Shown in pieces: positions 22,886 through 32,222 of a stretch of DNA of 47,739 bases (positions within the stretch are counted from its first letter, which is position 1; the number at the start of each line of letters is the position of its first letter). The notes beneath the pieces are model-generated. The model made no database searches. It was not told the origin of the DNA and saw nothing but the letters and a program-made list of their open reading frames with translations. Origin of the DNA: Gaiellaceae bacterium (lineage in GTDB: Bacteria > Actinomycetota > Thermoleophilia > Gaiellales > Gaiellaceae); the NCBI GenBank assembly GCA_035296805.1, contig DATHAE010000134.1:1-47739 (forward strand), written 5' to 3'. The position numbers and the translations under genes are program-made.

Positions 22886-25090
22886 CTACTCGCCCACGAG
22901 CGCCGGCCGCGGCTCGCGGTCGACGAGCGGTGACGGCGCGACGCGCACGACGCGGGCGACGCGCTTGGGCAGCCACCAGTTCCAGCGCCCGAAGAGCTTC
23001 ATCAGCGCCGGCACGAGGATCGCGCGGATCAGCGTCGCGTCGATGAAGATCGCGATCGCGAGCCCGAGGCCGAACTCCTGCAGGCCGACGATCGACCCCG
23101 CGGCGAAGCCGGCGAACGCGGCGCACATGATGATCGCCGCCGCGGTCACGATGCGGCCGGTCCGCTCGAGCCCGTGCGCCACCGCCTCCTCGTTCGTGTA
23201 CCCCTCGTCCCAGAACTCGCGCATCCGCGAGACCAGGAAGACCTCATAGTCCATCGAGAGGCCGAACAGCATCGCGAACAGGAAGATCGGGATCCAGCCC
23301 TCGACCTGGTCGAACTGGTAGAGGCCGAAGAGGTCGGCGCCGACGCCGTACTTGAACACGATCACGAGCAGGCCGTAGGTGGCGCCGATCGCGAGCAGGT
23401 TCAGCAGCACGGCCTTCAACGGCAGGATCAGCGACCTGAACGCTCGCATCAGCGTGAGGTAGGTCAGGACGAGCACCGCGATCACGAGCCACGGGAAGGC
23501 GCCGTACGAGCGGTCGAGGAAGTCGATCCCCTGCGGCGGGCCCCCGCCGGCGAGCACGCGTGTGCCGGGTGGGAAGTCGACCGACGGGACGATCTCGCTT
23601 CTCAGCCTGCGCGCGAACTGCTGCGCCTCGTGCGCGCCGTATTCGTGGCGGCCGGCAACGCTGACGTAGCCGTAGCGGCCGCCCGGCAGCACATACGGCG
23701 GGCGTGGCGCGAATTCGACCCGCGCCACCTCCGGGTCGCGCCGGACGCGCGCGACCAGCTCCGCGAGCGCGCCCTCGTGGCGTGCGTCGACGACGCTCCC
23801 GCCGCGCGCCTCCACCACGATCTGGGTCGGCGCGAGCGCACCCGGACCGACCGCGCGCCGCAGCACGTTGAAGCCGCGGATCGACTCGGGCGACTGCGGC
23901 GTCCCCGACGCCGACCCCGGCGTCAGCTCGAGATCGAGCACCGGCACGGCCGCGGCGACGAGGACGGTGGCGCCGACCGCGAGGTAGGCGACCGGCGTGC
24001 GCATGATCGACCGCGCGAGCCGCGCCCAGAAGCCGCGCTCGGGATCGGCCGCTCCCGCGAGTCGCGGCAGGGGCACGCGCAGCCGGTCGCGCACGAAGTC
24101 GGCGACGTGGAGACGCCTCGTCCCGCGCCGCCCGAAGACCGAGAGCAGCGCGGGCTGGAGCGTCGAGGCTGCGACGATCGACATCAGCGGGATCAGGAAT
24201 CCGCCCACGCCCATCGACTGCATGAACGGCAGCGGCATGAAGAGGAGCAGCGCGAGCCCGATCGCGACCGTCGCGCCCGAGAACACGACCGCGCGTCCGG
24301 CGGTCGCCATCGTCTGGACGATCGCCTCGTCCTTCGACTCGGTGCGCGCGAGCTCCTCGCGGAAGCGGTAGACGACGAGCAGCGAGTAGTCGATCGCGAT
24401 CCCGAGCCCGATCAGCTGCACGAGGTTCGTGACGTAGATCGCCGTCGTCATGTAGTGCGCGACGATCCAGACGATCCCGAGGGTCGCCGTGATCGTGCAC
24501 GCGGCCATCGCGAACGGGATGAGGACGGCGAGCGAGAGGCCGAACACCGCGAGCAGGACGATCAGCGCGACGGGGAGCGCGATCGCCTCGCCCTTGAGCA
24601 GGTCGTCCGCGAAGATCGGGTCGAGGTCGGCCTGGATCGCGGGCGTCCCGCTGACCCACGTCTCCGCGTCGGCCGGCCGACCGACGGCGCGCCGCACCGC
24701 GGGGGTCGCACGCTTCCCCTCCGTCAGCTCGAGCGGCGAGCCGATCGTGCCGAAGACGACGGTCCGGCTCGCGGTCTGGAGCGGTTGTGCGCGTCCGCCC
24801 TCGACGGCCGTGGCGCCGCGGCGCAGCGCGGCCCGGAGCGCGCCCCTCGTCGCCGGGTCGGTCGAGTCGGGGACGCGGAAGACGACGAGGAACGAGCCGT
24901 CGTCGCGCTGGCCGAACCGCTCCCGCATGATCGTCCGCGCCTCCTCGGAGTCCGTGCCGGGGACGGTGAACTCGTTCGAGAGCAGCTTGCTGAGGCCGGA
25001 GCTCGCCGCGCCGCCGGCCAGCAGCACTGCCAGCCAGGCCCCGAGCACGATCCAGCGGTGGCGGAGGACGAAGCGCGTCCAGACGACCAT
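22886..25090 (-). CDS. MMPL-family (RND superfamily) membrane transporter
   Basis: ORF track 22886..25090, 734 aa. It has two 6-TM bundles, each preceded by a soluble loop. The N-terminus MVVWTRFVLRHRWIVLGAWLAVLLAGG...FTVPGTDSEEA is typical of MMPL proteins. Confidence 0.88.
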   Translation of the reverse strand: MVVWTRFVLRHRWIVLGAWLAVLLAGGAASSGLSKLLSNEFTVPGTDSEEARTIMRERFGQRDDGSFLVVFRVPDSTDPATRGALRAALRRGATAVEGGRAQPLQTASRTVVFGTIGSPLELTEGKRATPAVRRAVGRPADAETWVSGTPAIQADLDPIFADDLLKGEAIALPVALIVLLAVFGLSLAVLIPFAMAACTITATLGIVWIVAHYMTTAIYVTNLVQLIGLGIAIDYSLLVVYRFREELARTESKDEAIVQTMATAGRAVVFSGATVAIGLALLLFMPLPFMQSMGVGGFLIPLMSIVAASTLQPALLSVFGRRGTRRLHVADFVRDRLRVPLPRLAGAADPERGFWARLARSIMRTPVAYLAVGATVLVAAAVPVLDLELTPGSASGTPQSPESIRGFNVLRRAVGPGALAPTQIVVEARGGSVVDARHEGALAELVARVRRDPEVARVEFAPRPPYVLPGGRYGYVSVAGRHEYGAHEAQQFARRLRSEIVPSVDFPPGTRVLAGGGPPQGIDFLDRSYGAFPWLVIAVLVLTYLTLMRAFRSLILPLKAVLLNLLAIGATYGLLVIVFKYGVGADLFGLYQFDQVEGWIPIFLFAMLFGLSMDYEVFLVSRMREFWDEGYTNEEAVAHGLERTGRIVTAAAIIMCAAFAGFAAGSIVGLQEFGLGLAIAIFIDATLIRAILVPALMKLFGRWNWWLPKRVARVVRVAPSPLVDREPRPALVGE

Positions 25091-25127
25091 GTGGGTAAAC
25101 GCTAGTCGCAGGGGTACGGTTCACCGG

Positions 25128-25550
25128 ATGGCTGACCGCCGCGAGGAGATCGAGGAGCTGTTCGCCGACCTGTGGCAGGTCCCGCGGTTCGCGGGGCTTC
25201 GGCACGGGTTCCGGCCCAACGTCGACTGCTACCACACCGACGACCCGCACGCGCTCACGGTCGTCGTCGAGCTGCCGGGCGTCGACCCGGAGAGCGTGAC
25301 GGTGGTGGCGGCGGAGCGGGCGCTCCTCGTCCAGGGCGAGCGCGTGCGGCCGAAGGGCGACGGGCGGGTCTACCAGCAGATGGAGATCGAGTACGGCCCG
25401 TTCCAGCGCAAGGTTCGTCTCGCCGAGGACGTCGACCTCGAACGGGCCGACGCACGCTACGACCGCGGCGTCCTGACGGTGACGCTGCCGGTCGCCGAGA
25501 AGGCGCCGGCGCGCGGACGCGTCCTGATCCGGGTCGAGCGGGCCACGTGA
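25128..25550 (+). CDS. Hsp20/alpha-crystallin family small heat-shock protein
   Basis: ORF 24489..25550 trimmed to ATG 25128 (MADRREEIEELFADLW...). Alpha-crystallin domain pattern P.VD.Y...D...L.VVVELPGVD.E.V.V......L.V.GER......F.R...L...VD...A.A.YD.GVLTVTLP. The stop overlaps the lon start (GTGA). Confidence 0.85.
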   Translation: MADRREEIEELFADLWQVPRFAGLRHGFRPNVDCYHTDDPHALTVVVELPGVDPESVTVVAAERALLVQGERVRPKGDGRVYQQMEIEYGPFQRKVRLAEDVDLERADARYDRGVLTVTLPVAEKAPARGRVLIRVERAT

Positions 25551-27970
25551 CAGAGATCAGCTTCGATCCGCCGGCGGCGGCGGAGGACCAGCTCGTGTTT
25601 CCGGCCACGCTGCCGCTCCTGCCGCTGAAGGAGACGGTCGTCTTCCCGCAGTCGATGACGCCGCTCGCGATCGGCCAGGAGCGCTCGGTGCGCCTGATCG
25701 ACGACGTCGTCTCGGGCGATCGGCTGCTCGCGCTCCTGACTGCGCGCGACGGATCGGTGGACGCACCCGACTGGGACGACCTCTACGAGGTCGGCACCGC
25801 GGCCGTGATCCACAAGATGATCAAGGTCCCCGACGGGACGCTCCGGATCCTCGTCCAGGGGCTGCAGCGGATCGATCTCGTCGAGCGCGTGACGGAGACG
25901 CCGTACCTGCTCGGCACGTTCGGCGAACTGCCCGACCTGCTGGCGGAGACGCCCGAGCTCGAGGCGCTGACGCGCAACGTCCAGGGCCTCTTCGCGCGCA
26001 TCATCGGCCTCGCCCCCTACCTGCCGGAGGAGCTGCAGATCGCGGCCGCGAACGTCGACGATCCGAGCGCGCTCTGCCACCTCGTCGCATCGACGCTGCG
26101 AACGATCAAGACTGAGGAGCGCCAGGAGATCCTCGAGCAGATCGACGTCGAGGCGCGCCTGCGGCAGGTCTCGGCGATCCTGAACCGCGAGCTGGAGGTG
26201 TTCGAGCTCGGCTCGCGGATCCAGTCGCAGGTCCAGTCGGAGATGGAGAAGGGCCAGCGCGAGTACTTCCTGCGCCAGCAGCTGAAGGCGATCCAGCAGG
26301 AGCTCGGCGAGGCCGACCCGGAGCAGGCGGAGGTCGCGGAGCTCCGCGAGCGGATCGACGCACTCGGCGAGCTGCCCGAGGAGGTGCGAAAGGCCGTCGA
26401 CCGCGAGCTCGCGCGGCTGGAGAAGCTGCCGCCCGCCGCCGCCGAGTACGGGGTCATCCGCACGTACCTGGAGTGGATCCTCACGCTGCCCTGGAACTCG
26501 CTCACCGACGACAACCTCGACCTCGACCACGCGCGCGGCGTCCTCGACGAGGACCACTTCGACCTCGAGAAGGTGAAGGACCGGATCATCGAGTACCTCG
26601 CGGTCGCGAAGCTGCGCAACGAGATCTCGGGGCAGATCCTCTGCTTCGTTGGTCCGCCCGGCGTCGGCAAGACGTCGCTCGGCCACTCGATCGCGCGCAC
26701 GCTCGGGCGCAAGTTCCAGCGCATCTCGGTCGGCGGCGTCCGCGACGAGGCGGAGGTCCGCGGCCACCGCCGCACCTACATCGGCGCGATGCCGGGGACG
26801 ATCATCCGCGCGCTCCGCGACGCCGAGTCCACGAACCCGCTGCTCCTGATCGACGAGATCGACAAGATGGGCGCCGACTTCCGCGGCGACCCGGCTTCCG
26901 CGATGCTCGAGGTGCTCGACCCGGAGCAGAACCGGGCGTTTCGCGACCACTACCTCGACCTCCCGTTCGACCTCTCGAAGGTGCTGTTCATCTGCACCGC
27001 CAACACGCTCGACACGATCCCGGGCCCGCTCCTCGACCGCATGGACGTGATCCAGCTGTCCGGGTACACCGAGGACGAGAAGCTCGGGATTGCGAAGCGC
27101 TACCTGCTCCCGAAGCAGCGCGAGGCGCACGGCCTGCAGCGCTCGCAGCTGACCGTGTCGGACACGATCCTGCGCACGATCATCCGCGAGTACACGCGCG
27201 AGGCGGGCGTGCGCAACCTCGAGCGGCGGCTCGCCGACGTCTGCCGGAAGGCGGCGACGCAGGTTGCGAAAGGGAAGGCGAAGCGGATGCGCGCCGACGA
27301 CGCGAAGCTGCGCGAGTGGCTCGGCTCGAGGCGCTTCTCGGGCGAGGTGCGGAAGCGGACCTCGGACGCGGGCGTCGCGACGGGGCTCGCCTACACGGCC
27401 GTGGGCGGCGACGTCCTGTTCATCGAGGCGACGGCCTATCCGGGGAAGGGCCGGCTGACGATCACGGGCCAGCTCGGCGAGGTGATGCAGGAGTCGGCGC
27501 AGGCGGCCCTGTCCTGGGTGCGTGCGCACACGGAGACGCTGGGGCTGCCGGAGGACTGGTTCGCGACGCACGACGTCCACGTGCACGTGCCGGCAGGCGC
27601 GGTGCCGAAGGACGGACCGTCGGCGGGGGTGACGATGGCGACGGCGCTCGCGTCGCTCGTGCTCGGCGAGCCCGTCTCGGACGAGGTCGGGATGACCGGC
27701 GAGATCACGCTCACCGGCCAGGTGCTCCCGATCGGCGGGCTGCGCGAGAAGACGCTCGCGGCCCAGCGCGCGGGCCTCAAACGCGTGATCTTCCCGCGCG
27801 AGAACGAGCCGGAGCTCGCCGAGCTGCCCCCGGAGACGCGGCAGGCGATCGAGTTCGTCCCGGCGGACACGATCGAAGAGGTGTTCGACGCCGCCTTCGA
27901 CGGCAAGCGCCGCGCCCGGCGCAGGCCGACCGCCGTCGGCCGCACGCCGCAGGCCGCCCGTGGCGCGTAG
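25547..27970 (+). CDS. lon: ATP-dependent Lon protease (LonA type)
   Basis: ORF 25172..27970 trimmed to GTG 25547. It has the LON N-domain ([19 protein letters not shown]), Walker [10 protein letters not shown] and Walker [10 protein letters not shown]. The S16 catalytic Ser is in [10 protein letters not shown] and the Lys in [10 protein letters not shown]. Confidence 0.95.
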   Translation: MTEISFDPPAAAEDQLVFPATLPLLPLKETVVFPQSMTPLAIGQERSVRLIDDVVSGDRLLALLTARDGSVDAPDWDDLYEVGTAAVIHKMIKVPDGTLRILVQGLQRIDLVERVTETPYLLGTFGELPDLLAETPELEALTRNVQGLFARIIGLAPYLPEELQIAAANVDDPSALCHLVASTLRTIKTEERQEILEQIDVEARLRQVSAILNRELEVFELGSRIQSQVQSEMEKGQREYFLRQQLKAIQQELGEADPEQAEVAELRERIDALGELPEEVRKAVDRELARLEKLPPAAAEYGVIRTYLEWILTLPWNSLTDDNLDLDHARGVLDEDHFDLEKVKDRIIEYLAVAKLRNEISGQILCFVGPPGVGKTSLGHSIARTLGRKFQRISVGGVRDEAEVRGHRRTYIGAMPGTIIRALRDAESTNPLLLIDEIDKMGADFRGDPASAMLEVLDPEQNRAFRDHYLDLPFDLSKVLFICTANTLDTIPGPLLDRMDVIQLSGYTEDEKLGIAKRYLLPKQREAHGLQRSQLTVSDTILRTIIREYTREAGVRNLERRLADVCRKAATQVAKGKAKRMRADDAKLREWLGSRRFSGEVRKRTSDAGVATGLAYTAVGGDVLFIEATAYPGKGRLTITGQLGEVMQESAQAALSWVRAHTETLGLPEDWFATHDVHVHVPAGAVPKDGPSAGVTMATALASLVLGEPVSDEVGMTGEITLTGQVLPIGGLREKTLAAQRAGLKRVIFPRENEPELAELPPETRQAIEFVPADTIEEVFDAAFDGKRRARRRPTAVGRTPQAARGA

Positions 27971-27982
27971 CGCGTAGCGCGT

Positions 27983-29437
27983 CTACTCGGGCTCGTTGCC
28001 GCTACCGGTGCCCATCCGGTACGGCGTGTGGACGCCCTCGTAGGCGAGATGCGTGACGAGTCCCTTCGCGGCGTGCGGGAGGTTGTGGCAGTGCAGCATC
28101 CAGATCCCCGGGTTGTCGGTGCGGAACGCGACGTCCCATTGCTCGCCCGAGCGAATGTCGAGCGAGTCGACGAGCCACGGCGTCGTGACGGGGCGGCCGT
28201 TGCGCGCCAGGACGAGCATGTGGTGGCCGTGCAGGTGCATCGGGTGCGGCGAGCCCGAGCGGTTGACGAACACGATCCGGTCGACCTCGCCCTCGGCGAC
28301 CATCAGCATCGGCATGTGGGGGTGGATCCTCCCGTTGATCGACCACTGGCGGCCGAGCTTCACGCCCCCGTGGAAGAACCCGAGCTTCCGCCCGAGCTCG
28401 ATGCGAAAGGTGCGGTCGAAGCGCGTCGGCACGGCAGGTGCGCGCGCGCGGTAGGTCGTCAGGTCGAGCATTCGCGAGAAGTCGACGGTCGCCTCGCCGT
28501 CACCGAGCGAGATCCGGTCGCCCGAGCCGTTCGCGGCGAGCGTCACGGGAGAGCGGGGCATCGCGAACGCGACGTCGTAGCGGCCGCCGGCGGGCACGGC
28601 GAGCGTCTGTGCGCGCACGACCTCCGGCGCCTCCAGCTCGCGGCCGTCGATCCCGACGACGCGGAACGCCGTCCCGCCGAGGCCGAACTCGTGGACGTGG
28701 TCGTCCGCATTCAGCAGCCGCAGGCGGACGGGCGTTCCAGGCGCGACCCGGCGGTGCATCCGGCCGCCGGACGGGAGGAGCGCGACCGGCCCGCCGAAGC
28801 TGTGCGCCGCGACCACGAGGTCCTCGCCGGGCGGCGGGTCGCGCGGCTCGACGACGAGCGCGCCGAAGAGCCCGCGGCGCACCTCGTCGGCCGAGCGCTG
28901 GTGCGAGTGGTACCAGTACGTGCCGGCGTCCTCGGCGCGGAACCGGTACGTGAAGCGGCCGCCGACCGGAACCGCGTCCTGCGTCATCCCCGCGACGCCG
29001 TCCTCCCCGTTCGGCACGTCGACGCCGTGCCAGTGGATCGAGACGCCGTCGCGGATGTCGCGGTTCACGAGCGTCACCTCGACGACATCGCCCTGCCGCA
29101 CGCGCAGCTCCGGGCCGGGAATGCGTCCGTCGAACGCGAGCCCGTCGAGCACGCGCCGCGACGGCAGCCGGACGGTCGCGTGGGCGGCGGTCAGCGTGAA
29201 GCGGACATCCGGCGTCCCGCGCTCGCGGAGCGCGGCGACGCTGACGCCGTCGACGGCGGCGCCGTCATGGTGGTGGACCGGCGGCGCGCCGCCGAGGTCG
29301 ACGGGGCCGAGCTCGGTCGCGTCGTAGCGCGCGGGGACGCGGCTCGCGTTCCACGCGCGCGCGGCCCACACGACGGCTGCGACGAGGACGAGCGTGACCA
29401 CGACCGCCGAGGCGGCCTGCAGTGCCCGCACGCCCAC
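27983..29437 (-). CDS. Multicopper oxidase (three-cupredoxin type), membrane-anchored or secreted
   Basis: ORF track 27983..29437. Copper-ligand motifs are HWHG, WYHSH, HPMHLHGH and HCHNLPH. Confidence 0.9.
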   Translation of the reverse strand: MGVRALQAASAVVVTLVLVAAVVWAARAWNASRVPARYDATELGPVDLGGAPPVHHHDGAAVDGVSVAALRERGTPDVRFTLTAAHATVRLPSRRVLDGLAFDGRIPGPELRVRQGDVVEVTLVNRDIRDGVSIHWHGVDVPNGEDGVAGMTQDAVPVGGRFTYRFRAEDAGTYWYHSHQRSADEVRRGLFGALVVEPRDPPPGEDLVVAAHSFGGPVALLPSGGRMHRRVAPGTPVRLRLLNADDHVHEFGLGGTAFRVVGIDGRELEAPEVVRAQTLAVPAGGRYDVAFAMPRSPVTLAANGSGDRISLGDGEATVDFSRMLDLTTYRARAPAVPTRFDRTFRIELGRKLGFFHGGVKLGRQWSINGRIHPHMPMLMVAEGEVDRIVFVNRSGSPHPMHLHGHHMLVLARNGRPVTTPWLVDSLDIRSGEQWDVAFRTDNPGIWMLHCHNLPHAAKGLVTHLAYEGVHTPYRMGTGSGNEPE

Positions 29438-29442
29438 GGCCG

Positions 29443-29865
29443 TCAGGCGGTCGTGACCGCCGCGGCGCGGTGGGCGCGCCAGAGCTGGCCCGACAGGTAG
29501 CCGAAGAGACCGAGGAGCAGGAATGCGTTCACGGGGTGGAGCGCGGCGACCCAGCGTCCGCCCTCGGGGAGGAGGAGCTGGATGAAGAGCAGGAACGGAA
29601 GGACGATCGAGATCACGCGCTGCCGCACGTTCGGCAGCCAGGCGAGGAGCGCGACGATCAGGAACAGGATCGCGCCGAACTGCCCGAAGATCCAGCCGAA
29701 GTCACGGTGAAGGGTCAGCTCGTCGGCGTCTTCGATCGGCGTGTCGCTGTCACGCGCGCCGAAGATGCCCTCGCCGGCGAGGTACACCTGCACGATGATC
29801 ATCAGCACGAGCAGCGGCGCGAGGTACCGCAGGATCGTACGTGCGACTCGCCGAACGCCTTCCAT
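29443..29865 (-). CDS. Small integral membrane protein (4 predicted TM; possibly DUF6220-like, tentative)
   Basis: ORF 29443..29976 trimmed to ATG 29865, which has a strong SD (gaggagg) 8 nt upstream. It ends 5 nt before the multicopper oxidase start. Confidence 0.65.
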   Translation of the reverse strand: MEGVRRVARTILRYLAPLLVLMIIVQVYLAGEGIFGARDSDTPIEDADELTLHRDFGWIFGQFGAILFLIVALLAWLPNVRQRVISIVLPFLLFIQLLLPEGGRWVAALHPVNAFLLLGLFGYLSGQLWRAHRAAAVTTA

Positions 29866-29999
29866 CCGATGCTCCTCCTCGCTTCGACCGCAGGTGCACG
29901 AATAGCAGCACATGCGCGGCCCGACTTCAAGACCTACGGTTTGCACCGGTCGGGGCCGGGTACAGTCCGCCCGCACGCGAGCGAAAGGATGCGACGAGC

Positions 30000-30431
30000 A
30001 TGGCGAGAGCGAAGGACAGGGTTTACGACACGGTCGGCGACGTGAGGCCGTACGTCGAGCGCGCGATGAAGGACGAGAAGCTGCGCGAGGACGTGATGAG
30101 CGCGTTCGGGACCGCCCGCGACCTCTACAACGAGCTGATCGGCGGCCGCGGCGCGGTCACGCTCGCCACGCGCGTCGCGACCGACGACGACATCCGCGAC
30201 CGCCTGAAGGAGGCCGTCGACGACCTGCGCAGCGCAGCCGACCGGCTCCAGGGCAGGAAGCCGCATTCGGGACGGAACACGACGCTCCTGATCGCGGGCA
30301 TCGCCCTCGGACTCCTGTTCAACCCGATCACGGGACCCGAGACGAGGCGCTGGGTCAAGGACATGATCGGCGGCGGCGACGACTTCGGCGGCGACTATCC
30401 GCCGTCGGGCAACAGCAACCCCGTCGCCTGA
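30000..30431 (+). CDS. Hypothetical protein with a helical N-terminal part and one TM segment (YtxH-like, tentative)
   Basis: ORF 29841..30431 trimmed to ATG 30000 with SD aaagga upstream. Sequence MARAKDRVYDTVGDVRPYVERAMKDEKLRED...TTLLIAGIALGLLFNPITGPETRRWV. Confidence 0.6.
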   Translation: MARAKDRVYDTVGDVRPYVERAMKDEKLREDVMSAFGTARDLYNELIGGRGAVTLATRVATDDDIRDRLKEAVDDLRSAADRLQGRKPHSGRNTTLLIAGIALGLLFNPITGPETRRWVKDMIGGGDDFGGDYPPSGNSNPVA

Positions 30432-30440
30432 GCGCGCGCG

Positions 30441-32222
30441 TCAGCGATAGGCGGCGGCCTGAAGCGCGAACAGGTCCGCGTAGATGCCGCGTTGGGCCAC
30501 GAGGTCGTCGTGCGTGCCGCGCTCGGCGATTCGCCCATCGTCCACGACGACGATCAGGTCCGCCATCCGAACGGTCGAGAAGCGGTGTGAGACGAAGACG
30601 GCGGTCGCGCCCGTCGCGCGGGCGACGGCGCGCGCCGAGGCGGCGTAGCGCTCGAACAGCTCGTGCTCCGCGTGCGCGTCGAGCGCGGAGGTCGGCTCGT
30701 CGAGGATGAGCAGGAGCGGCCGCTCACGCATCATCGCGCGCGCGAGCGCGATCTTTTGCCACTGGCCGCCGGAGAGCTCCACGCCGCTCGCGTGCGACAC
30801 GCCGAGGAGCGCGTCGAGTCCGTCGGGGAGCATCTCGATCACGTCGCCCGCCGCCGCGCGTCCGACCGCGGCGGCGACGGCGCGCCGGTCCTCGATCGCC
30901 GCGAGGTCGCCGACGCCGACGCTCTCGCGCGCGATGACCTCGAAGCGCACGAAGTCCTGGAACCCGGCGGCGATCTGCGCGCGCCATCGCTCGGGCGCAA
31001 TCCGCGCGAGGTCGACGCCGTCGACGGTGACGGCGCCTTGAGTCGGCTCGTAGAAGCGGCAGAGCAGCTTGACGAGCGTCGTTTTGCCGGCGCCGTTCTC
31101 GCCGACGAGGGCGACCGTCGAGCCCGCGGGAAGCTCGAGGTCGACGTCGCGGAGCACGTCCGAGTGCGTGCCGGGGTAGCGGAAGGCGACACCCTCGAAG
31201 CGGATCGCGTCCTCGAGCCGCACGGGCACGGGTGCGTCGTGAGCCCTCGGCGGGTAGAGCCCGCGCACGAGCCGACGCAGCGACGACACGCGCTCCATGG
31301 CCCGCGTGCTCCACTGCAGCGTCTGCGTGGTCTCGACGACGTTGAACACGAGCCGGTTTGCCTGAGCCGCGAGCGCGACCGCGAGGACGACGTCCCCCGG
31401 AGTCTGCGCGCCGTCGACCGCACCGCGCACGACCACCAGCAGTGCGCCGACGTAGCCGAGTGCAAACACGAGGTGCCCGGCCGACATCGCGACGACGCCC
31501 TCGAGCTGCGCCCGGAAGCGCGTTCGGCGGAGCTCGGTCCTCGTCTCGCGGAGCCGCCGGCCGAGCTCGTCCTCGAGCCCGAACACGCGCACCTCCTTGG
31601 CGGCGTCCGCGCGCAGTGCAAGGTCGACGAGATGCGTGGCGCGCCGCAGCGTGTCGGCGCGGCCGAGCCAGTACCGCTCGAACCGGCGCCACGACCAGCG
31701 GGTGCCGAGGAGCGGCGGCACCGCGAAGAGGAGCAGCAGCAGCAGCACCGGTTGGAGGCTCGCGAGCAGCACCACCGTGAGGACCAGCTGGATTGCGAGC
31801 CCGACTGTCCCCGTCGCCGCGCGCACCGCGTTGTACCGCCAGGCGCCCTCGTTCCGGATCAGCTCGAGCTGGTCGGCGTAGTCCGCGCGCTCGAGGTGGG
31901 CGAGTCCCCGCGGGCGCTGCGCGAGCTCCGCGGTCTCGGCCGTCACGTCGATCACGTTGAGGTCGGCGAGCTCGACGAGCATTACCTTCGAGACGTGCGT
32001 GCCTGTCTGCGTCAGGAGCGCGAGCAGCGGCAGGAACAGCGCTACGACGCTCGCGCCGTGAACGTCGCCGGCGACGACCGCGTCGGTCAGGTGCTTGAGC
32101 ACGAGCGGCGCGAGCGGCCAGCTCACGTAGTTGAGCACGACGAGCGCGAAGACGACGACCAGGCGCGCGGGGCTCACGCGCCAGGCTCCGACGAGGATCG
32201 TGACGAACCCCCGGACGGTCAC
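30441..32222 (-). CDS. ABC exporter, fused permease/ATPase (second subunit of a pair)
   Basis: ORF 30441..32531 trimmed to GTG 32222 (GTGA overlap with the upstream ABC gene). Motifs are Walker A GENGAGKTT, signature LSGGQWQK, Walker B LLILDEPTSALD and an H-loop in VFVSHR. Confidence 0.9.
   Translation of the reverse strand: MTVRGFVTILVGAWRVSPARLVVVFALVVLNYVSWPLAPLVLKHLTDAVVAGDVHGASVVALFLPLLALLTQTGTHVSKVMLVELADLNVIDVTAETAELAQRPRGLAHLERADYADQLELIRNEGAWRYNAVRAATGTVGLAIQLVLTVVLLASLQPVLLLLLLFAVPPLLGTRWSWRRFERYWLGRADTLRRATHLVDLALRADAAKEVRVFGLEDELGRRLRETRTELRRTRFRAQLEGVVAMSAGHLVFALGYVGALLVVVRGAVDGAQTPGDVVLAVALAAQANRLVFNVVETTQTLQWSTRAMERVSSLRRLVRGLYPPRAHDAPVPVRLEDAIRFEGVAFRYPGTHSDVLRDVDLELPAGSTVALVGENGAGKTTLVKLLCRFYEPTQGAVTVDGVDLARIAPERWRAQIAAGFQDFVRFEVIARESVGVGDLAAIEDRRAVAAAVGRAAAGDVIEMLPDGLDALLGVSHASGVELSGGQWQKIALARAMMRERPLLLILDEPTSALDAHAEHELFERYAASARAVARATGATAVFVSHRFSTVRMADLIVVVDDGRIAERGTHDDLVAQRGIYADLFALQAAAYR

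Noticed and set aside
23174-25250. ORFs 23174..25105 (+, 643 aa) and 23244..25250 (-, 668 aa) inside the MMPL gene region.
   Set aside because: Both are extremely Arg/Asp/Glu- or Arg/Pro-rich with no hydrophobic core or motifs. The third reading (22886..25090) gives a textbook 12-TM MMPL protein.
25457-27586. A 709-aa ORF antisense to lon.
   Set aside because: Its composition is low-complexity Arg/Leu/Asp/Glu-rich. The opposite strand encodes a complete LonA with all catalytic motifs.
25547-27970. The Lon protease as a BrxL-like or other defence-associated Lon-like protein.
   Set aside because: It has the full housekeeping LonA architecture (LON N-domain, AAA+ module, S16 Ser-Lys dyad) and is paired with hsp20. 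No BREX or other defence genes are nearby.
27961-27982. A short tandem gcgtagc-gcgtagc motif between lon and the multicopper oxidase gene.
   Set aside because: There are only two copies in a 12-nt convergent spacer that includes the lon TAG stop. It is too short to assign any function.
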